DNA from: Cystobasidiomycetes sp. EMM_F5
Lineage: Eukaryota
DNA: 64,000 bases
Assembly (NCBI GenBank): GCA_051047955.1
Contig: JBPGPT010000040.1
Location: forward strand, 1 to 64,000
Direction of reading: 5' to 3'
The notes under the pieces are model-generated. The model was given only the letters and a program-made list of their open reading frames with translations. It searched no databases and was not told where the DNA came from. Numbering within the stretch: the stretch's first letter is position 1; each line of letters starts with the position of its first letter. This document shows, piece after piece, positions 13,352 through 25,778 of the stretch. The position numbers were made by a program, and so were the translations under genes.

Positions 13352-15621
13352 ATGCCAGTTCATGGTCCACGAAGCGATGCAGAGGAGCACGACCAGGGTA
13401 TAGCTGCCGTCATGGTCAAACGAGCGGACGACGAAGAGTCTCAACTGCTTGCAGTCCATGGTCAGAACAGTACAGGCGGCTACGGCACTACACCACCTTC
13501 AAGGCCTTTACTCCCCTCGTCCCGCTCATCATCGTCCAGCACTTCTCTCACTCCCAAGCAGAAGTTGCGGCGTGCAGTGCATACGGCCGCCAGGTCAAAG
13601 CATCGGTACGATATATCCGAAAAGCTTCAACAATTCAACATGAACGATTATAGCAAGTTCTATCGGAGCAAAGAGTACATCAGCGAGTGCAAGGATAAAC
13701 GGATGAAGGAGTTTCACAGACGGCAGAATCACAGAATCGAACAATGGTTTGAAGTGGATGCAGTGGTAAGAGCAATGGCGAACGACGTCCTCGAATCATT
13801 TGAGCCGCAAGGTGAGCATACAGGCTCTTCATGCTCTGGCTTCAGTGCCTTGAGTCCGTTTTCCCTTCCCCTGTGTGCCTAACCGTCTTAAATGTGGTTT
13901 CCTAATTGCTCACGCTGCTCACGCGCCTGTGTAGCTGCGACTGTGCTGCTCATCCTTTACATCCCTTTCCATCTGTACAACACTCAAGGCGCCGCCTTCA
14001 TGCGCGTCAGGCGGTACGCTGTCCCCGACTTGCATACCGCATCAAATCCATACTCTCGCTACGTATCAAAACCACACTTTCGCTCCGCATCTACCATGCC
14101 GTTCAGGAACCTAATGATGACTTGATTAATGTGAACTAACTTCGCTCATGTGCTAGATTTGGATCATGACGGTATTGCGGAAGCAGGGGGAAAATTACAA
14201 CTAAATCGTGAAGAGATAACAGCACTGTTGCCGCAGTCTGAGCAGGAGCGTCGAAGGAAGGAGGCAAGACAGGTAAGTCGACGCTGATTCTCGAGACATA
14301 CATTATCGGTATGCTGAGTGATGTTAACCAAATTTCGCTTTGCTAATTTCCAGGCTCGACTGGCCATCAATGTCAACGTTGCTGCGAATGTCCTTCTTGT
14401 CGTAGCTAAAGCCATCGCTACGTTTTATTCGAGCTCCCTGTCACTCATCGCCTCTTTGACCGATTCGGTCTTGGACCTGCTTAGTCTGTCTATTCTGTGT
14501 TCTAGATTAGTAGTATTGCGATTGCTAAAACCTCAATCGGGTACAGTGACAATTATCATCTTCGGCACGGCTAAAATAGTGGCTCATCAATCGACGAAAC
14601 TGGCGAGAAGGTATCCGGTTGGTCGGAGAAGGTTACAACCTCTGGGAACGCTGGTCTTCAGCGTTATCATGGTTGTTTCCTTCTTACAAATCCTGCAAGA
14701 ATCTGTCGGGCGGTTAATTGCCGATAAGCACTCGGTAGCAAAGCTCTCAGCATTGGCAATAGGGTCAATGGTGAGCATCTCGCTGTCAGATACTTACTGC
14801 AGAATATTGCAGCTGATTCGATTCCTACGCGACAGCTCGGAACGATCAGCATAAAAGGTATTATCTGGTTTGGCTGCGCGTGGCAGCAATCATCCCAGGT
14901 TCAAGCTCTCGCTCAGGATTGCAAGACGGACGTCTTGTTCAACACTGCTTCTTTTCTCTTTCCAATCATAGGGCATTGGCGTGGCATATGGTGGTTGGAG
15001 TGAGGCTCATTCTTTTTCTAAGTACTTCGATCTGTCAACGATGCTAACATACAAAATATAGTCCATTAGGAGCAGGGCTTTTATCAGTATACATCATCTT
15101 TGACTGGGCTGCGACCTGCCTTTCACATGTTAACCATTTGGCGGGTGCTAGTGTTGACCACGCAATGATTAACAAGCTCGTTTTCCTGGCATGGCGCTTC
15201 AGTCCCGTTGTTGACGCTTACAAAAATTTGATTGGTGAGTGCTCCGATCGAGCTGTATGCTGTGAGAGCACTGCTGACATTAGCATCATGTGGAGCAGCG
15301 TATCACGCAGGCGACGGTATTTATGTAGAAGTCGACTGTCTGCTAGAGCCAAATACGGATCTCAGGAGGGCACATGATGTCGCAGAGTGCATGCAGTATT
15401 GTGCGTCTTGAGTGGTGTGTATTTCGAGCTGTGACTGCCATCGCTGATTCTAGAATTAGGTCTAGAAGGTCTGAACGAAGTGGATCGTGCATTCGTTACG
15501 GTGGTAAGCGGCTTTGGCACCTTCACGACACGTCAGCGGTCTAAGCTTTGATATATGCACACAGGATTACGCTGTACAAGGGCCGTCTGGTCATGCTTCG
15601 GTACAAGTTGTTGAAGAATAA
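13352..15621 (+). CDS. Cation diffusion facilitator (Mn-type MTP8/MTP11-like) metal transporter
   Basis: AINVNVAANVLLVVAK, SSLSLIASLTDSVLDLLS, YPVGRRRLQPLGTLVFSVIM, ALAQDCKTDV, AYHAGDGIYVEVD, HDVAECMQY, LEGLNEVDRAFVTVDY. Confidence 0.88.
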
Positions 15622-15929
15622 GTGTGTAGGTGCAGTGCTGTTACAGACATGCCAAGCTCCTTCCTTGTGGTCGGTAAATGTTGCGTGTCAGTTGCGTACT
15701 TCCTCGTCCGTGCCGCAATAGAGCCTAAGGGGACTAAGACGCAGTGGGTCGCGCACGCTGATGTCCTACCATGACACCCGGACGAGCGTGATTGATGACC
15801 ACCGGTTCTGCAACATGTATTGACGTGATTAGCTTTGTGCTTCTGTTTACTGCTGAAATGTAGTTGTCCCCGTATGATGGGTGCCATACACTTAGATGAT
15901 CTTGCACTCGGCTTTTGCCTACTGCGCTC

Positions 15930-17757
15930 ATGCGACGGACGCTCAGGCATGCCTCGATACACAGACATCACCTAGTTCCGTCCCGGCGACATCGCTGTGC
16001 AATTCGCTCATACTCCAATCATCCAGATATCTTGCAGTGCGAAAGTTGCGACCTCTATCCCTTTGGCGAGCCTACTTCGGATCCTTCTAGGGCGCTCTTT
16101 CGGGATCTCACATGGAGAATCCAGGATGAGAAGTTAAGCAGTACTGGCGATTCGAATGGCAATAAAAAGGGATGTGAGGCGTGGGCTGTAATTGGACCTG
16201 GCGCAATCCGCCTTGTTGATGCAGCCCTGCTAGGTAGAGCCCGAGCAGAGCCTCCGCAGTCACGTAGATGGCCTATCATCCCAACGTCTACGCCAATTGA
16301 GTCTGTCATCAAAAAGGTTTCTTTTAACACCCGTCTGAAGTCAAAGTCGCCTTTTGCAACTGTGGGCGAATTCACGGATTACACAGCGCGATACTTTAGT
16401 ATACGTGCCGACGACGAAGCGGCACTCACTTTGAGAGGTCACTTAGAGTCATACCTGCGGACTGAGGCAAACGGCTTGGCGTCCAGTTCAGAAAACGTTT
16501 TCCTGCTAGAAACAGCCAAAGCGCTGAAGCTGGATCACCTTCTTGACATTCCTCTCGTTGCCCTATCAAATGGACAGACTAGGCGGGCAAGGATTGCTCG
16601 AGCACTACTGGCTCATCCGGAAGTCTTGATTCTTGAAGAACCGTTCAGTGAGTAGATGCGTAGAAAGATAGATGCGTAGAGGAGACTCAACACTACGATT
16701 TCATATACTGTCTTACGCAGCCGGCCTCGACCAAGCCTCCCGCGCTCTTATAGCTGACCTGCTGGGCGATATGCACCACAGAAGGTCACCGCGCGTGGTG
16801 TTGGTACTTCGTCCGCAAGACTCTGTACCTCCATGGATTAACAGAATAGCAGCATTTTCAACATCGCACCAGTACCAGCCAAACTACATCGGTGACAAAG
16901 AAGGCTACACTCCTGACCATGCTAGAGCAGTATCGCAAGATTGTAAGCGACGCGTCTCCGTGCCTGGCGCACAGAGCATCGTCGTTCTCAAGAAGGGAAA
17001 CATAAGCTACAAGAATCGGCATGTCCTGAAAAATGTAGATTGGCATATCAAGCAAGGCGATCGCATAACTTTGACTGGAGCAAATGGTTAGTAATACAGC
17101 CGCACCATGCAGAAATAGCATATTGCGGATGAGCGTTTTGCTGATGTTCGGCTGACTGCAGGGTCCGGCAAATCCACTTTGCTCTCTCTTGTGCTGGGTG
17201 ATCACCCAGCTTCTTACTCGCAGGATCTCACCCTCTTTGGCCAAGCACGGACGCACCATTCAACGTACTCGCTGGGCCAAAGAACTGGTCACTTCAGTCC
17301 TGAGCTATACTCGGCTTTCCCAAAACGACATGGCGATGCCGGCATATCTCTGTTTGAAGCGATAGGTACCGGCTTTGATAACGTATTTACATATCGCCGT
17401 CTGAGCGAGGAGCAGAAAAGCCAAGTAAATACTATAGTGACCGCCTTTGATCCCACGGCGGAAATGTTACCTTCGACTGTCCTCCATGGCACTCTCTTTG
17501 CTAAAGCAACTCCCGCTATACAAGCGGTAGTCCTGATTCTTCGTGCAATGGTCAAGATTCCGCAACTGCTGATACTGGACGAGCCATTTGCTGGCATGGA
17601 CGAGGGACTTGTTCAGAAATGCCGCGTGTTTCTGGATTCTGTCCTCACCGACAACCAAGCACTCGTTTTCATCTCCCACTATCCAGAGGAGTGGCCAATG
17701 AGCATTGGAAAGCGATTACACCTGGAAGACGGTCAGGCTGTTGAGACTCTACTATAG
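15930..17757 (+). CDS. Soluble twin-ABC ATPase, ModF / yeast YDR061W-like, probably mitochondrial
   Basis: Arg-rich presequence; LSNGQTRRARIARALLAHPEVLILEEPF; second domain GANG-SGKSTLLS, LLILDEPFAGMD, FISH; no transmembrane segments. Confidence 0.85.
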
Positions 17758-17905
17758 AGCTATCGTTGTATCATAATATCACTGTGCTTTCTCTGGAATC
17801 GCTTATTGGCCACTCTTGCTTCGTGCGTGTTCCTGACCACCTGGCTTCGCCGCGTCAGCTGGTTGGCATTCAGACAACAAACAACACTACTGCCAAAGTC
17901 AAAAC

Positions 17906-19056
17906 ATGGCTGCACCAGGCGGTGGAGGTTCCGCGTATTCTTTTTCATTGACGACTTTCAGCCCTAGTGGTGAGTAGATAACCTCTGCCCAGCGTCATTG
18001 ACGATTGATCAATATAGTCGACACGAAAGCCGCGCTGGCTAGTGCAGCAGTAACTGACATTCTGTATCTTGCTACGTATGCTTCGGTGAACAGGCAAACT
18101 TGGTCAGATTGAACATGCCCTAGCTGCGTGTACGGCTGGTCAGTTCTCGTCATTTTGGAGTTGACGAAATACATGTTGACGTGAGCGACCAACAGGCGCA
18201 GCTTCATTGGGCATTAAAGGTATGTTTGCGCTGAAGGATGGCCTTCGTCAAAATGACTGATCTCATCGGCATGTCTACAACAGCAACCAATGGCATTGTC
18301 ATCGCTACGGAAAAGAAGGCGCCGTCACCATTGATAGACGACAGCATGATTGAGAAGGTCTGTTTAGTATGTCCGAACATTGGAGTCGTATACAGCGGGA
18401 TGGGGCCAGACTATCGCGTCCTCGTCGCCAAAGCACGGAAATCTGCGCAAGCGTACTGGAAGATCTACGGCGAATATCCTCCTACGCGCGTACTTGTGCA
18501 AGAGATCGCGACGGTTATGCAGGAGGCGACTCAAAGCGGGCAAGTTTTGTTGTGACCGGCATACTTGACCAAATACTAAAGGTTCATGCAGAGGTGTAAG
18601 GCCATTCGGTGTATCTCTTCTAGTAGCCGGCTGGGATGAGAAAGCCGGACCTACTCTCTTCCAGATTGATCCATCAGGCAGTTTCTGGGCGTGGAAAGCG
18701 ACTGCCATTGGCAAAAATCATGTTAATGCAAAGACCTTTCTCGAGAAGCGATACAATGACGACATCTCCCTCGAAGATGCGATGTAAGGAGATGCACCGA
18801 ACACTGGCTCAGGACATCGATCCATAGCTGACACTTGTTTTAACACAGTCATACAGCCCTTCTGACACTCAAGGAAGGCTTTGAAGGGCAAATGTCGGAG
18901 AAAACGATTGAATTGGGCGTCATAGGTATAGGCGCTCAGATTGCCACTACTGAGGGACAGCAGACGCCAGCAGCAGCCGCGGAGTCTCATAAAGCTCCAG
19001 GCTTGACGTTTCGCAAGTTGACTGAAGCTGAAGTTCGGGATTATCTTAGTTTGTAG
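17906..19056 (+). CDS. PRE8: 20S proteasome subunit alpha-2 (PSMA2-like)
   Basis: [98 protein letters not shown]; includes a GC-AG intron at 18540-18591. Confidence 0.95.
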
Positions 19057-19399
19057 TGGTCGCAGTTAGACTGGCCTCCCTGTATCAATGAACGCAGCGA
19101 TTGACACGGCAAAGGTATTGTGATGACGAAACGTGATGCAGGCGTTGGGAGACTGCATGAAAGCCACTGCATTTACGCGTCTATACTACTGCGGACAACT
19201 GATCTGATCGAGATCATTTCAAGCCCTGCGTACGGCTGATACAGCGTCTGCTCTTAGGCAACACAACGCATGCATGCAAACGCAGTCTTTGCTGTTTGCA
19301 ACATCAATGATCTGAATGCTGCACCAAATTTACTGGGTCGGCGATAATTACCCGAAATCAGGACTCTAACTCATCCGTCTGCCCCAAGAAGTCTCGGCC

Positions 19400-22300
19400 A
19401 TGCACAACGGAGGCACCAATGGCAACACAAACCAGAAGTCAGGCGACGGATCTCATCCATCAGCACACTACGCTGGCACAGTAAAGGTGGAATCATTGTC
19501 AGTTCCCAACAGGCCATCGGCCATCAAGGCCGCTTCCCCAGCCGTCCGCCCCGGTTCCATGCTCCCAGCCCCGGCAACGCACAAATTGCATTTTGACAGG
19601 TCGGATGGACCTAGACGTTTAATGCAATGGGCACGCAAGGCGGGTGTTCGTTTCACGATGGGTATGGGCTTTGTTCTATTTCACCTTCGGAAGCTTTTGG
19701 ACCTGCGTTGATATCTGTTTCTTTCTGACCTTCAGGCGCGGCGCCTACAACATCGCTAGCATCACCATATGATGACAGCATGTCGGACACAAGTGCAGAC
19801 TGGGCTAACCCTGGCTCTCCGCGAAGCAAGCACCGACCCAGTCCACGTCGGAATGCCAGCAGCAATACATGTCGAGGGGACTCCGCTACAATGTCGCCCG
19901 CTCGAAGTGGTCTAAATGAGATCCGCCGATCTGCATCAAGAGAGAGCTCAAGTGTTGACGATGACGTCGAAGTAGATCAAGTCGTAGTGGACAACGATTG
20001 GTCGTCGTGGGAAGGGGCAGACGCCAAGAGCGAGATCTTGTCCACTACCGGTCTCCGTCGTCAGTCAAGCCATTACAGCAGGCGAAGCGACTCCGTGGCC
20101 AACGACAATATACATGGTTCCGATGATCTCGCTCAAAGCACATCGCCAACCTGGCACACGCTGCGATACCGCGTATACCCAGCAGTGAAGTACTTCTTCG
20201 ACCAAAGCTTTGAGGACCGTGAGCGGGAGGCTCAGTTCCAACGAGAAATATGGTGGAACGGCAAGCTCATGTGTTTTATCGGAGCATTGTACTTTCTTCT
20301 AAATTTCATTCTCTACGCTGCTGATGTGAGTGAAAGCGTATGCAATGCATATTGCCAATGCAATCAAACTAATACAGTCGTGACTTCTGCGTGCTACAAT
20401 GACCATCGTAGGCTCCAAAGCCAGACCTTTACGACAAGATTCTCTTTTTTGGCGTGGCGCCCCTTCTTTCCATCACGCACCTACTTCTCGTCTTGTTCAA
20501 TTGGCCACGGAAGCACAACTATGTCTGGCAGGTGTTTGCCTTCATGAGCGTGTGGTTTTGGCCTCTTGGGACTGTGGCCATTGAATATTCCTGGTGCGTT
20601 TGGCTGTCCTGGCGCAATCCCTAAGATCTCGAAGGCTGATATTGCGCCCGCAAACTTACGGCAGTGGTTACTTCGCTCCTGGACCCAATACGTGCGGTCC
20701 GCATACTTTCACAACCCAAGGCTTGTATGCGACAGGCTACCCTGTCTTGGCTCTCATGGTCATGCGTGCAAGCAGACTATCAGTGCTGCTGGGAACCATC
20801 GTCTATGTAACGCTTGTGTCGGTCATGATCTTACCTGTGGACAAAGGTTACACCAGAACCATGGTGGATTTGTAAGGCACCAGTCGAGCTGGCAACACCC
20901 TTTTATTGATGAATGGTGTTCTTGCGCTCAGCGTGATTTATGTTTGGATCTTCATCCTCATTTCCTTTATTCGCGAGCGGTCTGATCGAGGCTTGTCGAC
21001 GCTGCGTAACCAACTCAAACTGCAATTCAAGGCAACTCAAGAAGCCCAAATAGCGGAACGTAAAGCCCATAGTGCTCGCAAGCGGTTCTCGAATTACATT
21101 TTCCACGAAGTCAGAGGTGAATCGAATTAACCTTTGTGATGTGCATCCCAAAGCCTCGAGGCTCACTTCTGCGGGTAGTGCCACTCAATAATGCCATGCT
21201 AGCGTTGCAAACCTTGGAAGCGGACCAAGTCTTCAAGAAAACTGCCAATTCCGATCACGAAATCGAATACGCTGCATTGAACGGTTCACTGATCATGATG
21301 TCGAAAGTTCTGAATGATGTGTGAGTCGTCCTGCGTGACAGTTTCGGAGCTTCAGCTGACGTTGACGGCATTAGTCTTGTAAGGGTGCTGCTGTGCTGAT
21401 ACGGTTGCAAGCTGAGGGGTCCATACAGGATTTCAATCGTATGGAGTCTGGTAAATTGGAGCGAGTCTCGGCTCCGTTTAAGTAAGCCGCCTGACCAATA
21501 CTGGTGTCGCAGCTGGCTAAAATTAAGCTGTCTTTCAGCCTTCACGACTCCATCATGGGCAATCTAGGCGTGTTGAAAGTTGCAGCAGGCATGAAGAGAA
21601 TAGATCTTTCGGTTCAGCTAGATGATCGGATAGATCAGCTTGCACACGTCGCTGCTAATCAAGCTCGGTACACGTCACGTGATCCAGAGAAGGCTGCATC
21701 ACCACAAAGACCAGGTCTTGTAGTGGGTGACGAGATGCGGTAAATCACGTCTAGAAGACGCAAGCGAATCCGATATTGCTGACACGCGCTACTAGTATCA
21801 AACAGGTTATGAACAATATATGTGCCAACGCTATCAAATTCAGTATGGTCACGATCTGCCAATTATCACCATGATGGAAGGGCTGACACATGTGACTTGG
21901 GTAACAGCGAGCAACGGAGGAAAGGTTCGATGTACGTTGAGTCACAAAGTGAATGCCTAAGCATATCGCTCACTCATGGGAGTTTTGCAGTTGTTACCAA
22001 GTTGGTTCATCCGGCAATGGGCGATGACAAGCTTTCGAGCCAATCAGTTGGCGAGGGTGCTGATGCATCCGCCGCTACCGCACATAATTCTCAGAACGGT
22101 GCATCGTCTATCACAGCGGTCAGCGACACAACTCCACCGGTCACTATGTCAAGAGACGATTATGTGCATCTGGAAAAAGGCTATTCGAGTAGTACCAAGC
22201 AAGACCTCGCATTGATAAGGCATTCTACGCAACCCGTTCACGAAAGCAGTCAGAGGGCGGGTCCCAATTTTTTGGTAATCAGGATTGAAGTGCACGATAC

Positions 22301-24064
22301 AGGACCAGGCTTGCGACTCAACGACGTTGTGGATGGGAAGCTCTTCTCGCCATATGTACAGGTACGTCCTGGTTGCGTAATTGCTCATAATTGACGCGTA
22401 CTTACGTACAAGGCTAGACGACAATTGGTAAATTGCAGGGCGGGAAGGGGACTGGACGTGAGTCATACTTTGTGCACGTCTTTTATATAAGTCTGACTCG
22501 GCTCCATCTAGTTGGTCTGGCCTTAGTCAGGCAAATTGTTCAGCTGAGTAAAGGCCGATTGGTAGGTTTTGCTATATCTTCGGTGTATCACTGCGGGCGA
22601 ACTGATTGCGTGTGTGCAGGGCGTCAAAAGCCGCGTCGGTAGTGGTAGCTGCTTCTGGGTCGAATTTCCCTTGGAGATTGTGGGTTACGTAACAGAGTGA
22701 AAAGGAAACCATTGCTAAGTATGCAATTCAATCAGGGTTGCGATGCGATCGACAGAACCAGCCACACGAAGCAGACATCCCCAACATTCGGGACTGAAAT
22801 AAGTAATCACAGCACTAAACGTCCCGATGGCTCGCTCGGACCGTTGCGACCGGTCCCAAACATGCGTATCAACTTTTCGCACACCGAGTCGACCTTTTCG
22901 CAACATTCGCCCGAGCAGAACTTATTTTCACCTCAGCATGAACAGCATGCGTACTCGTCTGTTGGTATATTCTCGCCAGGTAGCACCAGCAGCAGTTACG
23001 GATGGCCATCGCCGGATACGCCTGTCTCGCCATATTCTCAATTAGTGGGGATGACTCGGCCTTTGCAAACAATCACATCGAGCAAGGAGGACCTCGAGGG
23101 AAACAACCCTGCAAATGGAAGTTGCCACGACGTAACAACAAAGGACAACACAGCCGTTGATCGCGTAGTGAAGCAAGAAAAGGACGAGCACGAGGAGGAC
23201 CATCACAAAATAGAGAGAGATGTTCCCGAGGGGACTGTCCTGGATGGTACCTTCATGTCCTGCATCCGCGACACTTCACAACTGAGCAAACACTTGGAAG
23301 AAACGAGCCGTCCGACGTGCGGCGCCGCTAACGATGCGCCTCCTGCACTCTCCACAAGCCAGTCCAAAGCCGCGCACGAAAACACGTCAGCCGAGCCGCC
23401 TCTCAAGGTGTTGGTGGTTGACGATGATCCTCTCACGCGCACTTTGATGAGCAGGGTACGGTTTGCGGTTGCTGGTTGTGTATCAGCCATAATTAACCGT
23501 GCCTTTCTTTCAGACGGTGACACGGATCTTGAAAGACAGTGGCGGAGTCACCCTCGTGACCGCTGAGCACGGCGGAGCAGCAGTGGAATATCTACTGGGC
23601 TGTGTACCGGCAGGTACACCACAATTTGAATATGCCGAACCGCCTCCTATGGTCCCGAAGGAATCGCATAATGTGGATATCATTTTGCTTGATCATCAGG
23701 TCGGTAGCGAGGCTTGACGTCTTGCGAGTATTTGCTTTAACAGTATTGTGATGCATAGATGCCCGTCCTTACGGGATTGCAAGTCGCTCGCGAGTTGCGT
23801 CGCGTTGGCCGAAATGATCTCATCGTCGGCGTAACTGCCAATGCGTCCAAAGAAGATCAGGATGAATTCATCGTCGCCGGAGCTGATCAGTGAGTAGCGT
23901 CTTATAACTCGAGGCATGGTCTGGCGAATCTGAGTGCTTGCTGCGACAGTGTTCTCACCAAGCCAGTTGCCGCGGCTTCTCTAAAGAAAATGCTCGAAAT
24001 TGCCAAAGAGCAGCGAAGTACGAATCTCAAGCAATCTCTTCTCGACCACACCATCTGGAGGTAG
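19400..24064 (+). CDS. Membrane-anchored hybrid (two-component) histidine kinase: TM region, HisKA, HATPase, receiver
   Basis: Several hydrophobic helices (20270-20980); H-box YIFHEVR-VPLN; LNDV-DFNRMESGK; GDEMR-QVMNNICANAIKF; EVHDTGPG; GKGTG-GLALVRQIV; receiver VLVVDDD, ILLDHQ-MP, GVTANA, LTKP. Confidence 0.9.
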
Positions 24065-24368
24065 CGGCGAGTCTAACGCTCTCTGACAATTAGGACTAAA
24101 CATGCACCTGTAGCCTTTGTATTGCAACACCGAAGCCCTGGACCGCCTGTGCGCGTCGATAGAGGCACCCTTCACAAACATTATTATTACGAACGTCGAC
24201 GACGCATAGAAAAGATGTAGCATAAGCATTTTGTACGGTACACCAATTGCAACCTGCAGTCATTTATCCATCCCATGTTTTGACACGAGAAGGAATGTAT
24301 CAGAGAAGCCCAGAGCCTTTCGCAACCTATGGAAGAGATCTCTGGTGTAGAATGTCGCAGCTTGCCCA

Positions 24369-24447
24369 CCCTCTTCCCCCTCCTGGGTTTCCTGAATTTC
24401 TTCCGTCTTCCCTCAGTTTCTCGATCGCGGAGCAGGGGGAGAGAGGG
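24369..24447 (+). other. Imperfect inverted repeat (13-bp stem, one bulge) ending 41 nt upstream of the RPS1 ATG
   Basis: CCCTCT-TCCCCCT pairs with AGGGGGA-G-AGAGGG. Confidence 0.55.
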
Positions 24448-24488
24448 CTAGCCGCAGAGAACTGCCAGTCCTGCACCACTCTGCAAAC

Positions 24489-25580
24489 ATGGCTGTAGGA
24501 AAGAATGTCAGTAGATGCACACGATATGGTTATCGTTGCAGCCTCGCGCCAGGCTGTCGACGGCATCTCCCGGATCATATGAGCTGATTCGTGCAATCTG
24601 TCCACAATTTCTCGGTATGCAGAAGCGCTTGTCCAAGGGCAAGAAGGGCATCAAGAAGGCCAAGCAGGATCCTTTTGCTCGAAAGGTGGGTGGCATGTTG
24701 AACTTCGCGGTGTCGCGTCGTCGTTGGACTTTGGTATTGACGGGCTTGACCTTTCACAGGACTGGTACAAGATCAAGGCGCCGTCTGTATTTGAGAACCG
24801 GGATTGCGGCAACACCTTGGTCAACCGGTCACAGGGCATGAGTGCGTCAAGACGGCCTGTGCCATATCATGAGCTTTTTGGCTGACTGCGGATGATCTAC
24901 AGAGAATGCTGACGACTCGCTCAAGGGACGTGTAGTTGAATTCTCCCTCGCCGACTTGAACAATAAGGACGAGGAGAACTCCTTCCGAAAGATCAAGTTG
25001 CGCATTGACGGTGTACAAGGAAAGAACTGCCTAACATCCTTCTACGGCATGGATTTCACCACCGATAAACTCAAGTCTCTCGTCCGAAAGTGGCAAACTC
25101 TGATTGAAGCAAACATCGCCGTCAAGACCACCGATGACTATGTTGTTCGTCTATTTGCGATTGGATTCACAAAGAAGCGCCCCAATCAGGTTAAAAAGAC
25201 CACCTACGCCCAATCCGCTCAAGTGAAGGAGATCAGACAAAAGATGTTTGAAATCATTAAGCGGGAAGCGGAGAGCTGTGACATGAAGGAGTTGGTCCAA
25301 GTGAGTCAATTGCCGTTGATGTCATTACCTCATGACTGATGCCGGCGCATAATCACAGAAACTGATTCCGGAAGTTATGGGCAAGGAAATCGAGAAGGCA
25401 GCGCAAGGTATCTACCCATTACAAAATGTCTACATTCGCAAAGTCAAGATCATCAAGGCGCCGCGGTTCGATATCGGCAAATTGTTGGAGTCACACGGAG
25501 ACCAAGGCGTCGATGACAAGGGCGCCAAAGTTGGCACAGCGACAGAATTCAAGGAGCCGACCCCTCAGGCATCAGTATAA
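24489..25580 (+). CDS. RPS1: 40S ribosomal protein eS1 (S3a)
   Basis: [89 protein letters not shown]. Confidence 0.97.
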
Positions 25581-25778
25581 ATGTGCTTTTGGTCTTTGCG
25601 CTGTTGTGCCGTGCTGGCGGAAGCGTTGTATATCACTTAACGCCGATTTCGCATCGTTACCACTGCCTTTGCTTCCAACGTTGACACCAGCGGCCGTCCT
25701 GCTCACGGTTTCTGTGACAATCGACATTGTTTGTCTGGCTGATATGTACCGGCATTCCCATTGCGGGTTTCATCTGAG

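Noticed and set aside
16653..16680. Short tandem duplications in introns (TAGATGCGTAGA x2; also ATGCTAGTCCT x2 at ~53784)
   Set aside because: Two-copy slippage-type duplications with no enclosed element
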